A stretch of DNA of 64,000 nucleotides from Phycisphaerales bacterium (GCA_965227775.1 OZ245777.1:1-64000), one strand, 5' to 3'; positions 27,040 through 37,651 are shown, counted from the first letter of the stretch. The notes: generated from the sequence alone by a model not told the origin. Translations and numbers: made by a program.

Positions 27040-27798
27040 CTAGAACAAGCCGAAGAACTTCTTTCGGCGTGGCCTGGCTCCCGTCACGTCGAGCCTGGTC
27101 GGATCGACAACATCTGAAACACGCATCCGGTCGTAGAGCTCTAGCAGGCTCTCGGTACCGTGTGTGAGCTTGTACTCGATCTCGCCAAGGCCCATCGGCA
27201 TGACCTGCCAGATGTGGACGGTGCGCCCCTCATCAACCTCAACGGTGCCGAAGCCCTTACTGTCAACCTGTGGCAGGACCAGCACTGCTCCGCACAACTC
27301 CGTGTTGTCCGCGAAGGGCTCTGCTGGGTCGCCGTTCGGCATGGAGTGACCGAAGCTCAACCACGTGTTGAACTCGTGCGGCAAGCGAGCGAAATTCTTG
27401 AGCAAGCGAACGGGCCAGTACCAACGCTCCGCCTCAGCCTCATCCCAACGGACGTCCTTATCGAAGTTCAGCGGCCAGTCGGCCGGGAGCTTGATCATCA
27501 CTTCGGCGAATCGCCAGTCCTCGGCACCCTCTGGCGCGTTCATTGGCAGCTCGGCCATGCCAGTGGTGAAGAGCACCTCGTACGGCCGCTGCTCATCGGG
27601 CTTGATCACGTAGACGTCGATGTGGACCTGGTCCGACTTGATCTCGTGGAACACCTTATCGATCGGCCCCACATGCTGCTCGAAGTGCTCGCTCACGGCA
27701 TCCATGAGCGGAACATCCCCGTGCGACTCGTGGTCGCTCTTGGCCCGCTTCTTGTGCCGGATGATGTTGGCGTTGGGGTGCAGGTCGTCTCGCTCCAT
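27040..27798 (-). CDS. Suppressor-of-fused (SUFU) domain protein
   Basis: ATG 27798; VFHEIKSDQVHIDV, LFTTGMAELPM, WPVRLLKNFARLPHEFNTWLSFGHS, EIEYKLTHGTESL. Confidence 0.88.
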   Translation of the reverse strand: MERDDLHPNANIIRHKKRAKSDHESHGDVPLMDAVSEHFEQHVGPIDKVFHEIKSDQVHIDVYVIKPDEQRPYEVLFTTGMAELPMNAPEGAEDWRFAEVMIKLPADWPLNFDKDVRWDEAEAERWYWPVRLLKNFARLPHEFNTWLSFGHSMPNGDPAEPFADNTELCGAVLVLPQVDSKGFGTVEVDEGRTVHIWQVMPMGLGEIEYKLTHGTESLLELYDRMRVSDVVDPTRLDVTGARPRRKKFFGLF

Positions 27799-27858
27799 AA
27801 CCGACCATAGCCGACCTCGATGGTTCGAGGCCGGCCGCCACAGCGCCAACAATCTCGC

Positions 27859-28962
27859 GTGACCACAGCCGCCGAATCCCTGACCGCAACCGTTCGTGCC
27901 AAGCTCGAAGAACTGAGCGAGCAATACCTGGCAACGGGCAAGCAGCTCGAAGACCCCGACGTGCTCGCCGACCACGAGCAGGTCCGCGATCTCTCCATCC
28001 GCCGCTCGGCGTTGGCCCCCGTTGTCGAGGGCTACCAGCGCTACGTCGGCCTTCTGTCTGAGGCTGCCGAGCTCCGCCAGGCGATCGACTCGGGCGAAGA
28101 CGCCGAGCTCGCCGAGATGGCCCGCGCCGAACTGCCCTCGCTGGAAATCAAGGCCGCCGAAGAGATCGAGGCCGTCAAGGCCGCCCTGGTTTCCAGCGAC
28201 GACAACCTCGTCGGTTCGGTCATTCTCGAGCTGCGCGCCGGCGCGGGCGGAGACGAGGCACAGATCTGGGCCAAGGACCTGCTCGAGATGTACGAGAAGT
28301 ACGCCGGCCAGAAGGGCTGGTCGTTCGAGACTCTCGACTTCTCCGGCGGCGAGAGCCACGGCGGGCTGCGATCCGCAACAGCCAGCGTTAAGGGCGAGGG
28401 CGTCTGGGCCGAGCTCAGCTTCGAGGCCGGCGTCCACTCGGTCAAGCGTGTGCCCGCGACCGAGTCCCAGGGCCGCGTCCACACCTCGACCGCCACCGTC
28501 GCGGTGCTGCCCGAGCCAAAGGCCGTCGAGGTCAAGATCGACTGGGCCAACGACGTCACCGAGCACGTCACCACCTCCCAGGGCCCTGGCGGGCAGAACG
28601 TGAACAAGGTCGCCACCGCGGTGCACCTCGTGCACAACCCAACAGGCATCGAGGTGCGCATGCAGGAGAGCAAGAGCCAGCACCAGAATCGGGAGAAGGC
28701 CCGCCGCCTGCTCATGGCCCGCCTCTACGAGCGCCAACTGCGAGAGGCCGAGGCCGAACGCTCTGCCGCCCGCAAGGGTCAGATCGGCACCGGCGAACGG
28801 TCCGAAAAGGTCCGTGTTTATCGCTACCAGGACGGCATCGTGGCGGACCAGCGCCTGGACACCAAGTTCCAGCTCCGCCAGACGCTCTTTGAGGGTGACC
28901 TCACGCCCCTCATGACCGCGCTGACCGAACAGCGCACCGCCCAGCGCTTGGCCGACCTCTGA
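27859..28962 (+). CDS. prfA: Peptide chain release factor 1
   Basis: ELRAGAGGDEA, RVPATESQGRVHTS (RF1 PxT motif), GPGGQNVNK. Confidence 0.93.
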   Translation: MTTAAESLTATVRAKLEELSEQYLATGKQLEDPDVLADHEQVRDLSIRRSALAPVVEGYQRYVGLLSEAAELRQAIDSGEDAELAEMARAELPSLEIKAAEEIEAVKAALVSSDDNLVGSVILELRAGAGGDEAQIWAKDLLEMYEKYAGQKGWSFETLDFSGGESHGGLRSATASVKGEGVWAELSFEAGVHSVKRVPATESQGRVHTSTATVAVLPEPKAVEVKIDWANDVTEHVTTSQGPGGQNVNKVATAVHLVHNPTGIEVRMQESKSQHQNREKARRLLMARLYERQLREAEAERSAARKGQIGTGERSEKVRVYRYQDGIVADQRLDTKFQLRQTLFEGDLTPLMTALTEQRTAQRLADL

Positions 28963-29003
28963 TTTCCCTCAAGCATGGGGCGCGCGCGGCCGATGCCACG
29001 GGT

Positions 29004-29354
29004 ATGGGACGCAAGCACGCACTGCCGATCCTCATGGCCGCCGCCGGCGCCGTCGTGCTGTTCGTGTCGATCGAACCGCGCCAAGGCCAGGCTATCAGCA
29101 TCCAGGAGCCCGAGGTGCCCTCAATTTCTCTCGGCACGCTCGAGGGTCGCGACTACGGCGTCCGCATCGAGGTCACCGACGAGGGCACCCGCTACACGGT
29201 GGTCGATGCCCAAGGCGTCGTCGTGGCCGAGCGGCTGCCGCTTGAGACGTTGGCCGAGCAGTACCCGATGCTGGCTCCGCACGAGCTGTGGGCCGACGAA
29301 GAGGGCAACTCCCTCGGCCCGCTGATGATGGTCCCCGACACCGGCACGAACTGA
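29004..29354 (+). CDS. Small exported hypothetical protein
   Basis: Signal-like N-terminus MGRKHALPILMAAAGAVVLF; host-like codon usage. Confidence 0.7.
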   Translation: MGRKHALPILMAAAGAVVLFVSIEPRQGQAISIQEPEVPSISLGTLEGRDYGVRIEVTDEGTRYTVVDAQGVVVAERLPLETLAEQYPMLAPHELWADEEGNSLGPLMMVPDTGTN

Positions 29355-29387
29355 CCGAGCTCGCGCACGCCGGCGCTATCGTGCCCC

Positions 29388-30074
29388 GTGACGCACGCCG
29401 AGCCCACGCCGCTGTCCATCCCAGAAGACCACCGCCACGTCGTGCTCTTCGGCGGCACTTTTGACCCACCCCACCTCGCCCACGTCATGCTGGCGGATCT
29501 CGGCCGGAAAGAACTGCAACGCCGCGTCGGCGCGCCGGCGTCGCTCGTATTCGTGCCAGCTGCCCGCTCGCCCCACAAGGACACCGCACCGATGGCTACC
29601 GACGCCCAGCGCGTCGAGATGCTCTGCCTCGCAACGTCAGACCTGACCGACTGCGCAGTCTGGACCGACGAACTCGATCGCGCTGTCGAAGGCGAGCCCA
29701 GCTACTGGGTGCGCACGCTCGAGCGGGCCGCCTCGTTGCTGACCAACCGGAAACTCTGGTTCGTCATCGGTGCGGACCAAGCCGTCAGCTTCCACCGCTG
29801 GCGAGCTGCCCGACGGATGCTCGAGCTCGCAAGCCCTCTGGTCCTGCCTAGGCACCCCATCACCACCGCCGCAGAGTTGCGATCGGCATTGGCAGAGACA
29901 GCGTCCTGGAATGACAAAGAACTCGACCACTGGGCCGAGTCCTTCGTCCAAATCGACTCCATCCGAGCCGCCTCGACCACAATCAGAGACGCCGACGGCT
30001 CACCGTTCGATACGCCCATGCACCCCGCCGTGCTCGAGTACGTACGGCGGCATCGTCTCTACGGGCAAGAGTGA
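29388..30074 (+). CDS. nadD: Nicotinate-nucleotide adenylyltransferase
   Basis: LFGGTFDPPHLAH, VPAARSPHK, FVIGAD, ASTTIR, VLEYVRRHRLY. Confidence 0.92.
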   Translation: MTHAEPTPLSIPEDHRHVVLFGGTFDPPHLAHVMLADLGRKELQRRVGAPASLVFVPAARSPHKDTAPMATDAQRVEMLCLATSDLTDCAVWTDELDRAVEGEPSYWVRTLERAASLLTNRKLWFVIGADQAVSFHRWRAARRMLELASPLVLPRHPITTAAELRSALAETASWNDKELDHWAESFVQIDSIRAASTTIRDADGSPFDTPMHPAVLEYVRRHRLYGQE

Positions 30075-30075
30075 C

Positions 30076-31272
30076 TTAGGCGCTCGCGGCCACCGCACCG
30101 CCGACCGCCGACTTCAGCTCGTCGACCTTGTCGGTCTTCTCCCAGGTGAAGTAGCTCCTGCCATCTCGCTCGAACGGCTTGCGGCCAAAGTGCCCGTGCC
30201 GCGCCGTCAGGCGATAGATCGGGTTGCGGAGCTGCAGCGTCTCGATGATGCCGCGCGGCGTGAGCGGGAAGACCTTGCGGATGGCCTTCTCGATCTGATT
30301 CAGGTCGGCCTTCTCGGTACCCAGGCAGTCCACGTGCACGCTCGTTGGCTCCACCACACCGATGGCATAGCTCAGCTGCACCTCACACACGTCGGCGAGC
30401 TCGGCTGCGACCACGTTCTTGGCGATGTACCGGGCCATGTAGGCCGCCGAGCGATCAACCTTCGTCGGGTCCTTGCCACTGAATGCCCCGCCCCCGTGCC
30501 GGCCCCGGCCGCCGTACGTATCCACGATGATCTTCCGGCCCGTTAGCCCGGCGTCGCCGTGCGGCCCGCCAATCTCAAACTGGCCCGTCGGGTTCACGTG
30601 GATGGTGATGCCCGAATTCCACCACTCGCCCAGCACCGGCTTAAAGATGTGCTCGATGACCTGCTTGCGCAGCTCTTCCTGCTTCTGCTTGCCGCTCCAG
30701 CTCCGATCGTGCTGGGTACTCATCAACACCGTGTCGACACGCACCGGCCGCAGGCCCTCGTACTCGATGGTCACCTGGCTCTTGGCGTCGGGACGCAAGC
30801 CGGGGATGATCCCGTCGCGCCGGACCTGCGCCTGGCGCTCGACCAGCCGGTGCGAGAGCTGGATCGGCAGCGGCATGAGCTCGTCGGTCTCGTTGCACGC
30901 AAAGCCGAACATCAGGCCCTGATCACCCGCGCCCTCGCGATCGACGCCCTGGGCGATATCGGGGCTCTGCTTGTTGAGCGCCACGAGCACCGCGCACGAG
31001 TCGCAGTCGAAACGCATCTCCGCGTCGTCGTAGCCGATCTCGCGGATCGTGTCACGCACGATGTCCTGGATGTCGACGTACGTACTCGTGGTTACCTCGC
31101 CCGACACGACGACCAGGCCGGTAGCCACCATCGTCTCGACCGCCACGCGAGAGTGCGGGTCGTCCTTCAGCATCACATCCAGAATCGCATCGGAAATCTG
31201 GTCCGCGATCTTGTCGGGGTGGCCCATCGAGACGGACTCGGACGTGAAAAGCGACGTGCGATGATCGGCCAT
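30076..31272 (-). CDS. metK: S-adenosylmethionine synthetase
   Basis: [35 protein letters not shown]. Confidence 0.97.
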   Translation of the reverse strand: MADHRTSLFTSESVSMGHPDKIADQISDAILDVMLKDDPHSRVAVETMVATGLVVVSGEVTTSTYVDIQDIVRDTIREIGYDDAEMRFDCDSCAVLVALNKQSPDIAQGVDREGAGDQGLMFGFACNETDELMPLPIQLSHRLVERQAQVRRDGIIPGLRPDAKSQVTIEYEGLRPVRVDTVLMSTQHDRSWSGKQKQEELRKQVIEHIFKPVLGEWWNSGITIHVNPTGQFEIGGPHGDAGLTGRKIIVDTYGGRGRHGGGAFSGKDPTKVDRSAAYMARYIAKNVVAAELADVCEVQLSYAIGVVEPTSVHVDCLGTEKADLNQIEKAIRKVFPLTPRGIIETLQLRNPIYRLTARHGHFGRKPFERDGRSYFTWEKTDKVDELKSAVGGAVAASA

Positions 31273-31470
31273 GGGGATTCGGTCTCCCGGCTCCGTGCCT
31301 CTTGAGCCGTGTGGGGCAATCCTGCCCGCGTGCCCGACCACCGCATGGGCGCACATCGCCTGCGGCTAGGGTCGGTAGCAAGGTCGTCAGCCGTCAGTCT
31401 AGCGGCCGAAAACCGGATGTCTTGGCTCCCGGGCGACACTGGGGCCAACCGCCCAGCCCTACGCTTGGCC

Positions 31471-32661
31471 ATGCCCACACCCGCCGGCCCGAAGCAGCGC
31501 AAGACCAGCAAGAAGCGTGGCCCTAAGCAGCCGGCATCGAGGGCGACCACCAAAACGACCCCGAACGCCCCCGCATCCAACGCGACCACGACGCGGCGCA
31601 GCCTGTCGTACGCCGATTCGGGCGTTGACATCGACGCGGGCGACCGCTTCGTGCAGTCCATCATGGGGCTCATGCGGCGTACGCACGGCCCGCGCGTCCT
31701 GAGCAACGACGGCGGGTTTGCCGGCCTGTTCCGGCTCGACTTCAACGAGAAGCTCTTCAAGCGCAACTACAAAGAGCCGGTCCTCGTCGCCGCAACCGAC
31801 GGCGTGGGCACCAAGCTCAAGCTCGCGCGCGACACCAACGTGTTCGACACCGTGGGCCAGGACCTGGTGGCCATGTGCGTCAACGACCTCATCGTCGAAG
31901 CCGCCGAGCCGCTGTTCTTCCTCGACTATCTGGCTATCCCCAGGGTCGAGCACCAGATGCTCGTCAACCTGGTCAAGGGCGTGTCCGAGGGCTGCCGGAT
32001 CGCCGGCTGCAGCTTGCTCGGAGGCGAGACCGCTGAACTCCCGGGCATCTACCCCGAGGGCGAGTTCGACATGGCCGGCTTCGCCGTGGGCGTCGTCGAG
32101 CTGCGCAAGGCCACAAGCTCCATGAGGGTCGAGCCGGGCGACGTCGTGTTGGGCCTCGCCTCGAGCGGTCTGCACTCCAACGGGTTCAGTCTCGTCCGCC
32201 GCGTGGTCGAGCACGCAAAGCTGGACCTTGAGAAGCGCTACGCAGACCTCGATCCAGACCAGCCACTCGGCCGCGTTCTGCTCACGCCGACACGCATCTA
32301 CGCGCCGAGCATCACCAAGCTCTTGCGCGGCTACAAGGTCAAGCGCGTCGTCAGCGGCATGGCCCACATCACCGGCGGCGGGCTGGCCGGCAACCTCGAA
32401 CGCAGCCTCCACGCAAGCGTCGATGCGGTCCTCGACCGCAAGGCGTGGACCGTGCCGCCCGTCTTCTCGTTCCTCAAGAAGCACGGCAACATCCGCGGCC
32501 CCGAGATGGACAAGGTCTTCAACATGGGCATCGGCTACTGCGTCGTAGTCCGCCCGGCCTTCGCCGACGCCGTGGCCGACAAGTTGGCCCGCTCGGGCGA
32601 GCGCGTGAGCCGCATCGGCGTGATCCGCCAGGGCCAAGGCCGCGTTGTGTTCCGGTCCTAG
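31471..32661 (+). CDS. purM: Phosphoribosylformylglycinamidine cyclo-ligase (AIR synthase)
   Basis: YADSGVDI, DGVGTK, GGETAE, SGLHSNGFS, HITGGG, FNMGIG; basic low-complexity N-terminal extension. Confidence 0.96.
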   Translation: MPTPAGPKQRKTSKKRGPKQPASRATTKTTPNAPASNATTTRRSLSYADSGVDIDAGDRFVQSIMGLMRRTHGPRVLSNDGGFAGLFRLDFNEKLFKRNYKEPVLVAATDGVGTKLKLARDTNVFDTVGQDLVAMCVNDLIVEAAEPLFFLDYLAIPRVEHQMLVNLVKGVSEGCRIAGCSLLGGETAELPGIYPEGEFDMAGFAVGVVELRKATSSMRVEPGDVVLGLASSGLHSNGFSLVRRVVEHAKLDLEKRYADLDPDQPLGRVLLTPTRIYAPSITKLLRGYKVKRVVSGMAHITGGGLAGNLERSLHASVDAVLDRKAWTVPPVFSFLKKHGNIRGPEMDKVFNMGIGYCVVVRPAFADAVADKLARSGERVSRIGVIRQGQGRVVFRS

Positions 32662-33059
32662 CGAACGCCGCGAAGCCGGACGAAAAACCCATCTCCCAGC
32701 GCCGCGCAGGAGCAACTAAGGGTTTACACGTAAATCCTGTCTTAGGACGCAGGGAAATCAGGGATAATCCCAAGTGCACCCATCCCCGATTGGCCCGCGA
32801 ATCGTGTTGTGATTCCGTGTGGTTCTGGTATACTGGACCGCAAGGGGAGGTCGCGGCGCGTGCCGCCCTCTGTCAGCGAGGCGTCGCCCGGTACCACGAG
32901 GCCGTGCGGCAAGCGGTGTGTCGTAAGTCCGTTTCGATCAAGAATCCCGCCGGCGTTCCCTCGGTCGCTCCCCCTTTCTGGAATGGGGCGACCGGCCGGC
33001 GGCTGCAAAGGTCGGTTCAGTCCGGGCTGATGAACACCATACCGACGGGGACAGTTTCC

Positions 33060-33974
33060 ATGCGAGTGCAACGACTCGGACGTGACCGGAGCAAGAGCGC
33101 ATTCACGCTCATCGAGCTCCTGGTCGTCATCGCCATCATCGCCCTGCTCATCGGCATCTTGCTGCCGGCACTGGGCAACGCCCGCCTTCTGGGGTACCAG
33201 GCCGTATCCCTGAGCAACGTTCGCCAGCTGCAGGTCGCCTTCTTTAACTACAAGGCTGACTTCAATGACGACATCCCCATGAAGATGTCGTGGCGCAACG
33301 GTGGCATCGGTGGCTGGTGCACGTGGAGCTACGGCGGTAAGGACGCGTCGTCCTACTGGCGCACTCGCAGCGGCGGCGTCTTCGACGAGCCGGCCTTCAC
33401 CAAGCCGCTCAACCCCTACGTCTATCCGGACATCACCCTCCCCGAGCCCACGGGCTACAACCCGAACCCGTTGCGGTTCGAAGAAGGTCGCCCGACCGAC
33501 AACCAGCGCGAGATTCTGGAGATGCCGGCGTTCCGCTCGCCGGGCGACAAGAAGACCCACCAGCGCACCTGGCCCGAGCCCAACAACGAGCTTGGCAGCT
33601 ATGACGATGTGGGCACGAGCTACCACGTCAACATGCGGTGGTGGGACTCCGCAGAAATGCGTGGTTTCTCCGCGTGGACGCCAGGCCGCTACCCCCGCGG
33701 CAGCGACCGCTGGGCCGAAGGCATGAAGCGCTTCCGTCAGGCCGAGTTCTTCGATCCCTCAAAGATGGTCTGGATCCACGATCAGACCGCCGACGTCGTC
33801 GCCAACGACGACCAGGGCCGCGACTGGCTGGGCGAATTCAACGAGCTCAACAAGAGCGTGATGGCGTTCTACGACGGCCATGCCGAGTACGTCTTCATCG
33901 AGCCGAAGGATCCGAGCGACCCCGAAGGCAACCTCACCACGAACGATTACACATTCATCTTCAACCCCCGCTAA
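33060..33974 (+). CDS. Prepilin-type N-terminal cleavage/methylation protein (planctomycete DUF1559-like)
   Basis: KSA|FTLIELLVVIAIIALLIGILLPALGNAR...SNVRQL; C-terminal AFYDGHA. Alternative ATG 33030. Confidence 0.9.
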   Translation: MRVQRLGRDRSKSAFTLIELLVVIAIIALLIGILLPALGNARLLGYQAVSLSNVRQLQVAFFNYKADFNDDIPMKMSWRNGGIGGWCTWSYGGKDASSYWRTRSGGVFDEPAFTKPLNPYVYPDITLPEPTGYNPNPLRFEEGRPTDNQREILEMPAFRSPGDKKTHQRTWPEPNNELGSYDDVGTSYHVNMRWWDSAEMRGFSAWTPGRYPRGSDRWAEGMKRFRQAEFFDPSKMVWIHDQTADVVANDDQGRDWLGEFNELNKSVMAFYDGHAEYVFIEPKDPSDPEGNLTTNDYTFIFNPR

Positions 33975-33996
33975 GCTTGGCCTGATCTGAGCATTT

Positions 33997-34030
33997 GAGA
34001 GAGCCGCGCCCTGCGTGGCTCTTTCTTCAT
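33997..34030 (+). terminator. Probable intrinsic terminator
   Basis: GAGAGAGCCGCGC-CCT-GCGTGGCTCTTTC hairpin followed by a pyrimidine tract. Confidence 0.5.
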
Positions 34031-34067
34031 TCCTCGCGATCTAGCCCATACCGAGGTACCGAGATCA

Positions 34068-34346
34068 ATGTCCGACTTCCTGCAGGAACTCAAGTACAAG
34101 CTCCAGCCGCTCACCGACAAGCTCGGCGGCGACGAGAAGGCGATCGGCAAGCTCGCGATCTACGCGGTGATCGTGGTCGTTGGCTTTGGCGTGCTCATCT
34201 GGAGCCTGTGGCCGACAAGCCGGCCCGTGTCTTCGAACCCGCGCAACCCGCAGGCCGCCGCCCCCGTCGATGACTCGGGCGATCCCGGCCGTCCCCCACC
34301 ACCGCCATCGGGCAGCTCTCGCATGGCCCCGGGAGCGGACGGCTAA
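34068..34346 (+). CDS. Small single-TM protein with Pro-rich tail
   Basis: LAIYAVIVVVGFGVLIWSLWP TM segment; GAGG upstream. Confidence 0.75.
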   Translation: MSDFLQELKYKLQPLTDKLGGDEKAIGKLAIYAVIVVVGFGVLIWSLWPTSRPVSSNPRNPQAAAPVDDSGDPGRPPPPPSGSSRMAPGADG

Positions 34347-34412
34347 CTCGGTTCGCGACGGTTCCCGTGACAGCTTCGAACCCCGATCATCCTCGCTGGT
34401 GATCGGGGTTTC

Positions 34413-35621
34413 TTACTGCGCCCTCATCGCCGCACCCACCGCCTCCGCCAACCGCTCGGCCAGCGACCTCGGCGCGGTGCTCGCTTCAAAGGGGCTGGCT
34501 TCGAACGGAACCGCCCCCACATTCGAGTCTTTGTCCGCGGGAGCAACGGAGCGCTCGGTGATCACGGCCCAAGCCTCACCGTCGATCGCGTACGCGACAC
34601 CCTCGCCGATCTCGCCCAGCCACCGTGGCCGCTGCTCCACCGCGATCGCGCGCACACGGCCCGCATCGGCCCGCGACGTGCGCGTCACACGCTCGACCAA
34701 CCTGGAAGAAGACGCATCGCCAATCACCAACAGCACGAGCCGGGTCTCAAATCGGGCCGCAACTTCTGCCAGTCGCGCCTCGGCCAGCTCGCCAACCAGG
34801 CGGGCGCGTTCGCCCGGTGCGCTCGCAGATAGCGCGAGCACAACGACCTGCTCGCTGTCGGCGGCAACGCCCCGCAAGGTCACCACCCGGCCGCGCGCGT
34901 CCGTGCCGATCGCATCGCCGAAGGCGCTTCCCGTGCGCACGGGCCGGGGCTCGTCGCCAAGATCAGCGAGCGATGTCACGATCTCAACGTCTAGGTCGGC
35001 ATCAAGGGGGGGCGATTCAAACCACGCCGGATCGACATCGACCTGCTCGACATCGGCCTTCGCGACGATCCGCCCATCGCGACGCGCCTCGATCGCGGCT
35101 AGACGACCATCGGGATGGACGGTGAGTTCGAGCGTCGCACCGATCGTGACGCCCGCGAATCGATCTCGGGTACCCGAAGCCACGAGCGACCACGACAGCG
35201 GCGGCATGAACGCCAGCATCCGTCCTGGAGCCTCCGCGAAGGCAAGGTCGAGTTGCGGCGCAAACAAGGGCGGCAGAACCGTCTCGATCGCCTCACGCCC
35301 GAACGGTTCGGGCAGCGGTGCCAGATACACGCGTGACGCGTCGCCCGCCCGCCACGCAACAAGCCGACCTGGCTCGGCCGATACCAAGAGCGGATTCGCA
35401 CCGCCCATTGAGATTGCAACCGCTGGTGAAGCGCCGGTGCGCACGGCGACCGTCATCTCGCTCTTCGCCGCAGGCCCGGCCTGGCGGGGCACTTCGATGA
35501 CCATCCGATCCGCAACCGCCTCCGCGCGATACGCCTGCATCACCACATCGAGCGGTTCGGCGTCCTGCGCCATGACCGCCATGGAGACCAAAACGATCGC
35601 GATCGCAGCACAGAACTTCAT
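34413..35621 (-). CDS. Exported hypothetical protein
   Basis: Signal peptide MKFCAAIAIVLVSMAVMA|Q; ATGA overlap with folK. Confidence 0.7.
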   Translation of the reverse strand: MKFCAAIAIVLVSMAVMAQDAEPLDVVMQAYRAEAVADRMVIEVPRQAGPAAKSEMTVAVRTGASPAVAISMGGANPLLVSAEPGRLVAWRAGDASRVYLAPLPEPFGREAIETVLPPLFAPQLDLAFAEAPGRMLAFMPPLSWSLVASGTRDRFAGVTIGATLELTVHPDGRLAAIEARRDGRIVAKADVEQVDVDPAWFESPPLDADLDVEIVTSLADLGDEPRPVRTGSAFGDAIGTDARGRVVTLRGVAADSEQVVVLALSASAPGERARLVGELAEARLAEVAARFETRLVLLVIGDASSSRLVERVTRTSRADAGRVRAIAVEQRPRWLGEIGEGVAYAIDGEAWAVITERSVAPADKDSNVGAVPFEASPFEASTAPRSLAERLAEAVGAAMRAQ

Positions 35622-36163
35622 GTGTCAGCCCCGACGCGTGCCGCGCGAAGGCGGTCGGCCATCTGCTTGATGCTCATCGTCCAACTCGGTGGCACGAGCG
35701 CCGGCGCGAGGTCCGCAAGCGGCTCGAGCACGAACAATCGCTCCGCCATCCGCGGATGCGGGATGGTGAGCCCAGGCTCGTCGATGGTTTGCTGGCAGAA
35801 GAGCAACAGATCGAGGTCGAGCGTGCGCGGCCCCCACCTCTGCTCGCGCGCCCGATCGCGACCGTAGCGGCGCTCGATCTCGAGCATGCCATCAAGTAAT
35901 GCACGGGCCGAGCAACCGACCTCCAGCACGGTGGCGGCATTGACGAAGTCCGGCTGATCCTCGACGCCGACGGGCGCGGTCGTGTACAGCCTGGTCGTCG
36001 CGATCACGCGCACGCCGTCGATCGTGCCGAGGTCGCTGGCCGCCCGGATGACGTTTCCGGCAGGATCGTTCAGGTTGCTGCCCAAGCCGACGTAGGCCTT
36101 TCGCTCTTCCGCGAGCGGACTGCGTGCTTCGAGGTACCAGGCGTCTTCGGCGGGATTCTCCAC
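35618..36163 (-). CDS. folK: 2-amino-4-hydroxy-6-hydroxymethyldihydropteridine pyrophosphokinase (start uncertain)
   Basis: AYVGLGSNL, QPDFVNA, RWGPRTLDLDLL, IPHPRMAERLFVLEPL. Confidence 0.93.
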   Translation of the reverse strand: MENPAEDAWYLEARSPLAEERKAYVGLGSNLNDPAGNVIRAASDLGTIDGVRVIATTRLYTTAPVGVEDQPDFVNAATVLEVGCSARALLDGMLEIERRYGRDRAREQRWGPRTLDLDLLLFCQQTIDEPGLTIPHPRMAERLFVLEPLADLAPALVPPSWTMSIKQMADRLRAARVGADT

Positions 36164-36258
36164 GAGGAATGAAAGCGGCCGCCTGCTGGGTGGGCAAGCG
36201 GCCGACGGCGTCAATTTCGGTTGTCAACCAGCAGATGCGAGCCGGTAAAGGCGTCCGA

Positions 36259-37122
36259 CTACTCCATCGGCTCCAGCTCGCGAGTGCGGTGCTGCATCTG
36301 GGCCTTCAGGCGCTCCAGGATCGCGCTGTGCATCTGGCTCACGCGGCTCTCGGAGAGCGCGAGTGTCGCGCCGATTTCCTTCATGGTCATGCTCTCGTAG
36401 TAGTAGAGGATGACGATCAGCCGCTCGGCCCGGCTGAGCCCCTTGGTCAGCATGTCGCGCAGGTCCTTGCGCTGCATGGTGCGGACGGGGTTGTCGGCCC
36501 CGTCACGCATGACCTCGAGGTCGCGCGTCTCGCCGCCGCTGCTGTCGTTGGCCTTGCGAGTAATCGACATCGTGGATACGGCGCGACTATCGCGGCGGAT
36601 CTTGTCGAATTGCTCTTCGCCCACGCCAAGGCGCTTCTTGATTTGCTCGTCGGAAGCGGGCTGCCCGGTCTCCATCTCGATCGAGCGGCGCACGCCGTCG
36701 ACCTTTGCCGACCGGCTGCGCACAAGACGCGGTACCCAGTCCATCGCACGAAGCTCATCGAGGATGGCTCCCTGCACGCGGCGGGCGCAGTACGTCTCGA
36801 ACTTCACGTTCTTCTCGAGCTGGAACGCGGAGATAGCGCCCATCAGCCCAAACATGCCCGCTTGCACGAGGTCCTCAACGTCGACTTCGTCGGGCAGCCG
36901 CGCGTGGATGCGCTCGGCGTTGTACCGCACGATGGGAAGGTACTTCTCCCAGAGGAAGTTGCGAATCTCCTCGCTCGGCTCGGTCGCGTAGAGCTTCCAG
37001 ACCTCACGGATGTCCATGTCCGCATAGACCGATTCGACCGGCACCTCGTTCGCATCGACCGATGGCCTGACGCGTGAGGGACGGACTTTCGATGACTTCG
37101 ACGATTTGAGAGCGGTGGGCAT
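36259..37122 (-). CDS. fliA: Flagellar sigma factor sigma28 (FliA/WhiG)
   Basis: VKFETY..RRVQGAILDELRAMDWVPRLVR; LYYYESMTMKEIG..L.LSESRVSQMH. Confidence 0.95.
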   Translation of the reverse strand: MPTALKSSKSSKVRPSRVRPSVDANEVPVESVYADMDIREVWKLYATEPSEEIRNFLWEKYLPIVRYNAERIHARLPDEVDVEDLVQAGMFGLMGAISAFQLEKNVKFETYCARRVQGAILDELRAMDWVPRLVRSRSAKVDGVRRSIEMETGQPASDEQIKKRLGVGEEQFDKIRRDSRAVSTMSITRKANDSSGGETRDLEVMRDGADNPVRTMQRKDLRDMLTKGLSRAERLIVILYYYESMTMKEIGATLALSESRVSQMHSAILERLKAQMQHRTRELEPME

Positions 37123-37263
37123 GGTCGGCTCCCTGACCCCTGTTCCATCGAGCCCGACGTTCCGAGTAAACCGGTCTTCGGGCTGTGGTCGCGCATGCCA
37201 TCCGTGGTCACGCGCTGTTGAGTATACAGAATACCAAGGTCAAACGCCAGCGTTTCAAGAATC

Positions 37264-37548
37264 TCACGAAGAAGTTTTCTGATTAGCCGGTGCGGGTTCG
37301 GCCTCCGCCAACCCGCGGAGCGTCCGCTCGCGTTCCACCACACGTTGTGCGATCAACTCAAACACATACCCCACTGCCAAGCCCAGCCCATAACACCCAA
37401 GGCACGCAACGATCGCGCGAAGCATCACGCTCGACGCATCACTCGATGTGAGCAGACCCGAGAGCATCGCAACCGAGAAGCCGCACAACCCGCACAGCGG
37501 GGCACAGACGCGCGATGGCAACGGATGGGACGATCCTGACGGCGGCAT
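37264..37548 (-). CDS. Small two-TM hypothetical protein in the flagellar operon
   Basis: GGAGG RBS before ATG 37548; two hydrophobic segments; lies between flhG and fliA. Confidence 0.6.
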   Translation of the reverse strand: MPPSGSSHPLPSRVCAPLCGLCGFSVAMLSGLLTSSDASSVMLRAIVACLGCYGLGLAVGYVFELIAQRVVERERTLRGLAEAEPAPANQKTSS

Positions 37549-37651
37549 GTGCCACCTCCATCGGCCACGAGCCATCACGACTCAAGCCGATTTGCGCAGC
37601 AAAGTTGTGTTCAGCGCAGGAAGTGCGCAACGCCGCACCCGGTCGGCGTCG

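Noticed and set aside
31273..31470. SAM riboswitch upstream of metK
   Set aside because: No recognisable SAM-I, II, V or SAM/SAH core motifs by eye; an Rfam cmscan would be decisive.
32662..33029. c-di-GMP riboswitch or ncRNA upstream of the prepilin gene
   Set aside because: A GGACGCA fragment and small hairpins are present, but the GGCAAA/GAAA/receptor architecture is not.
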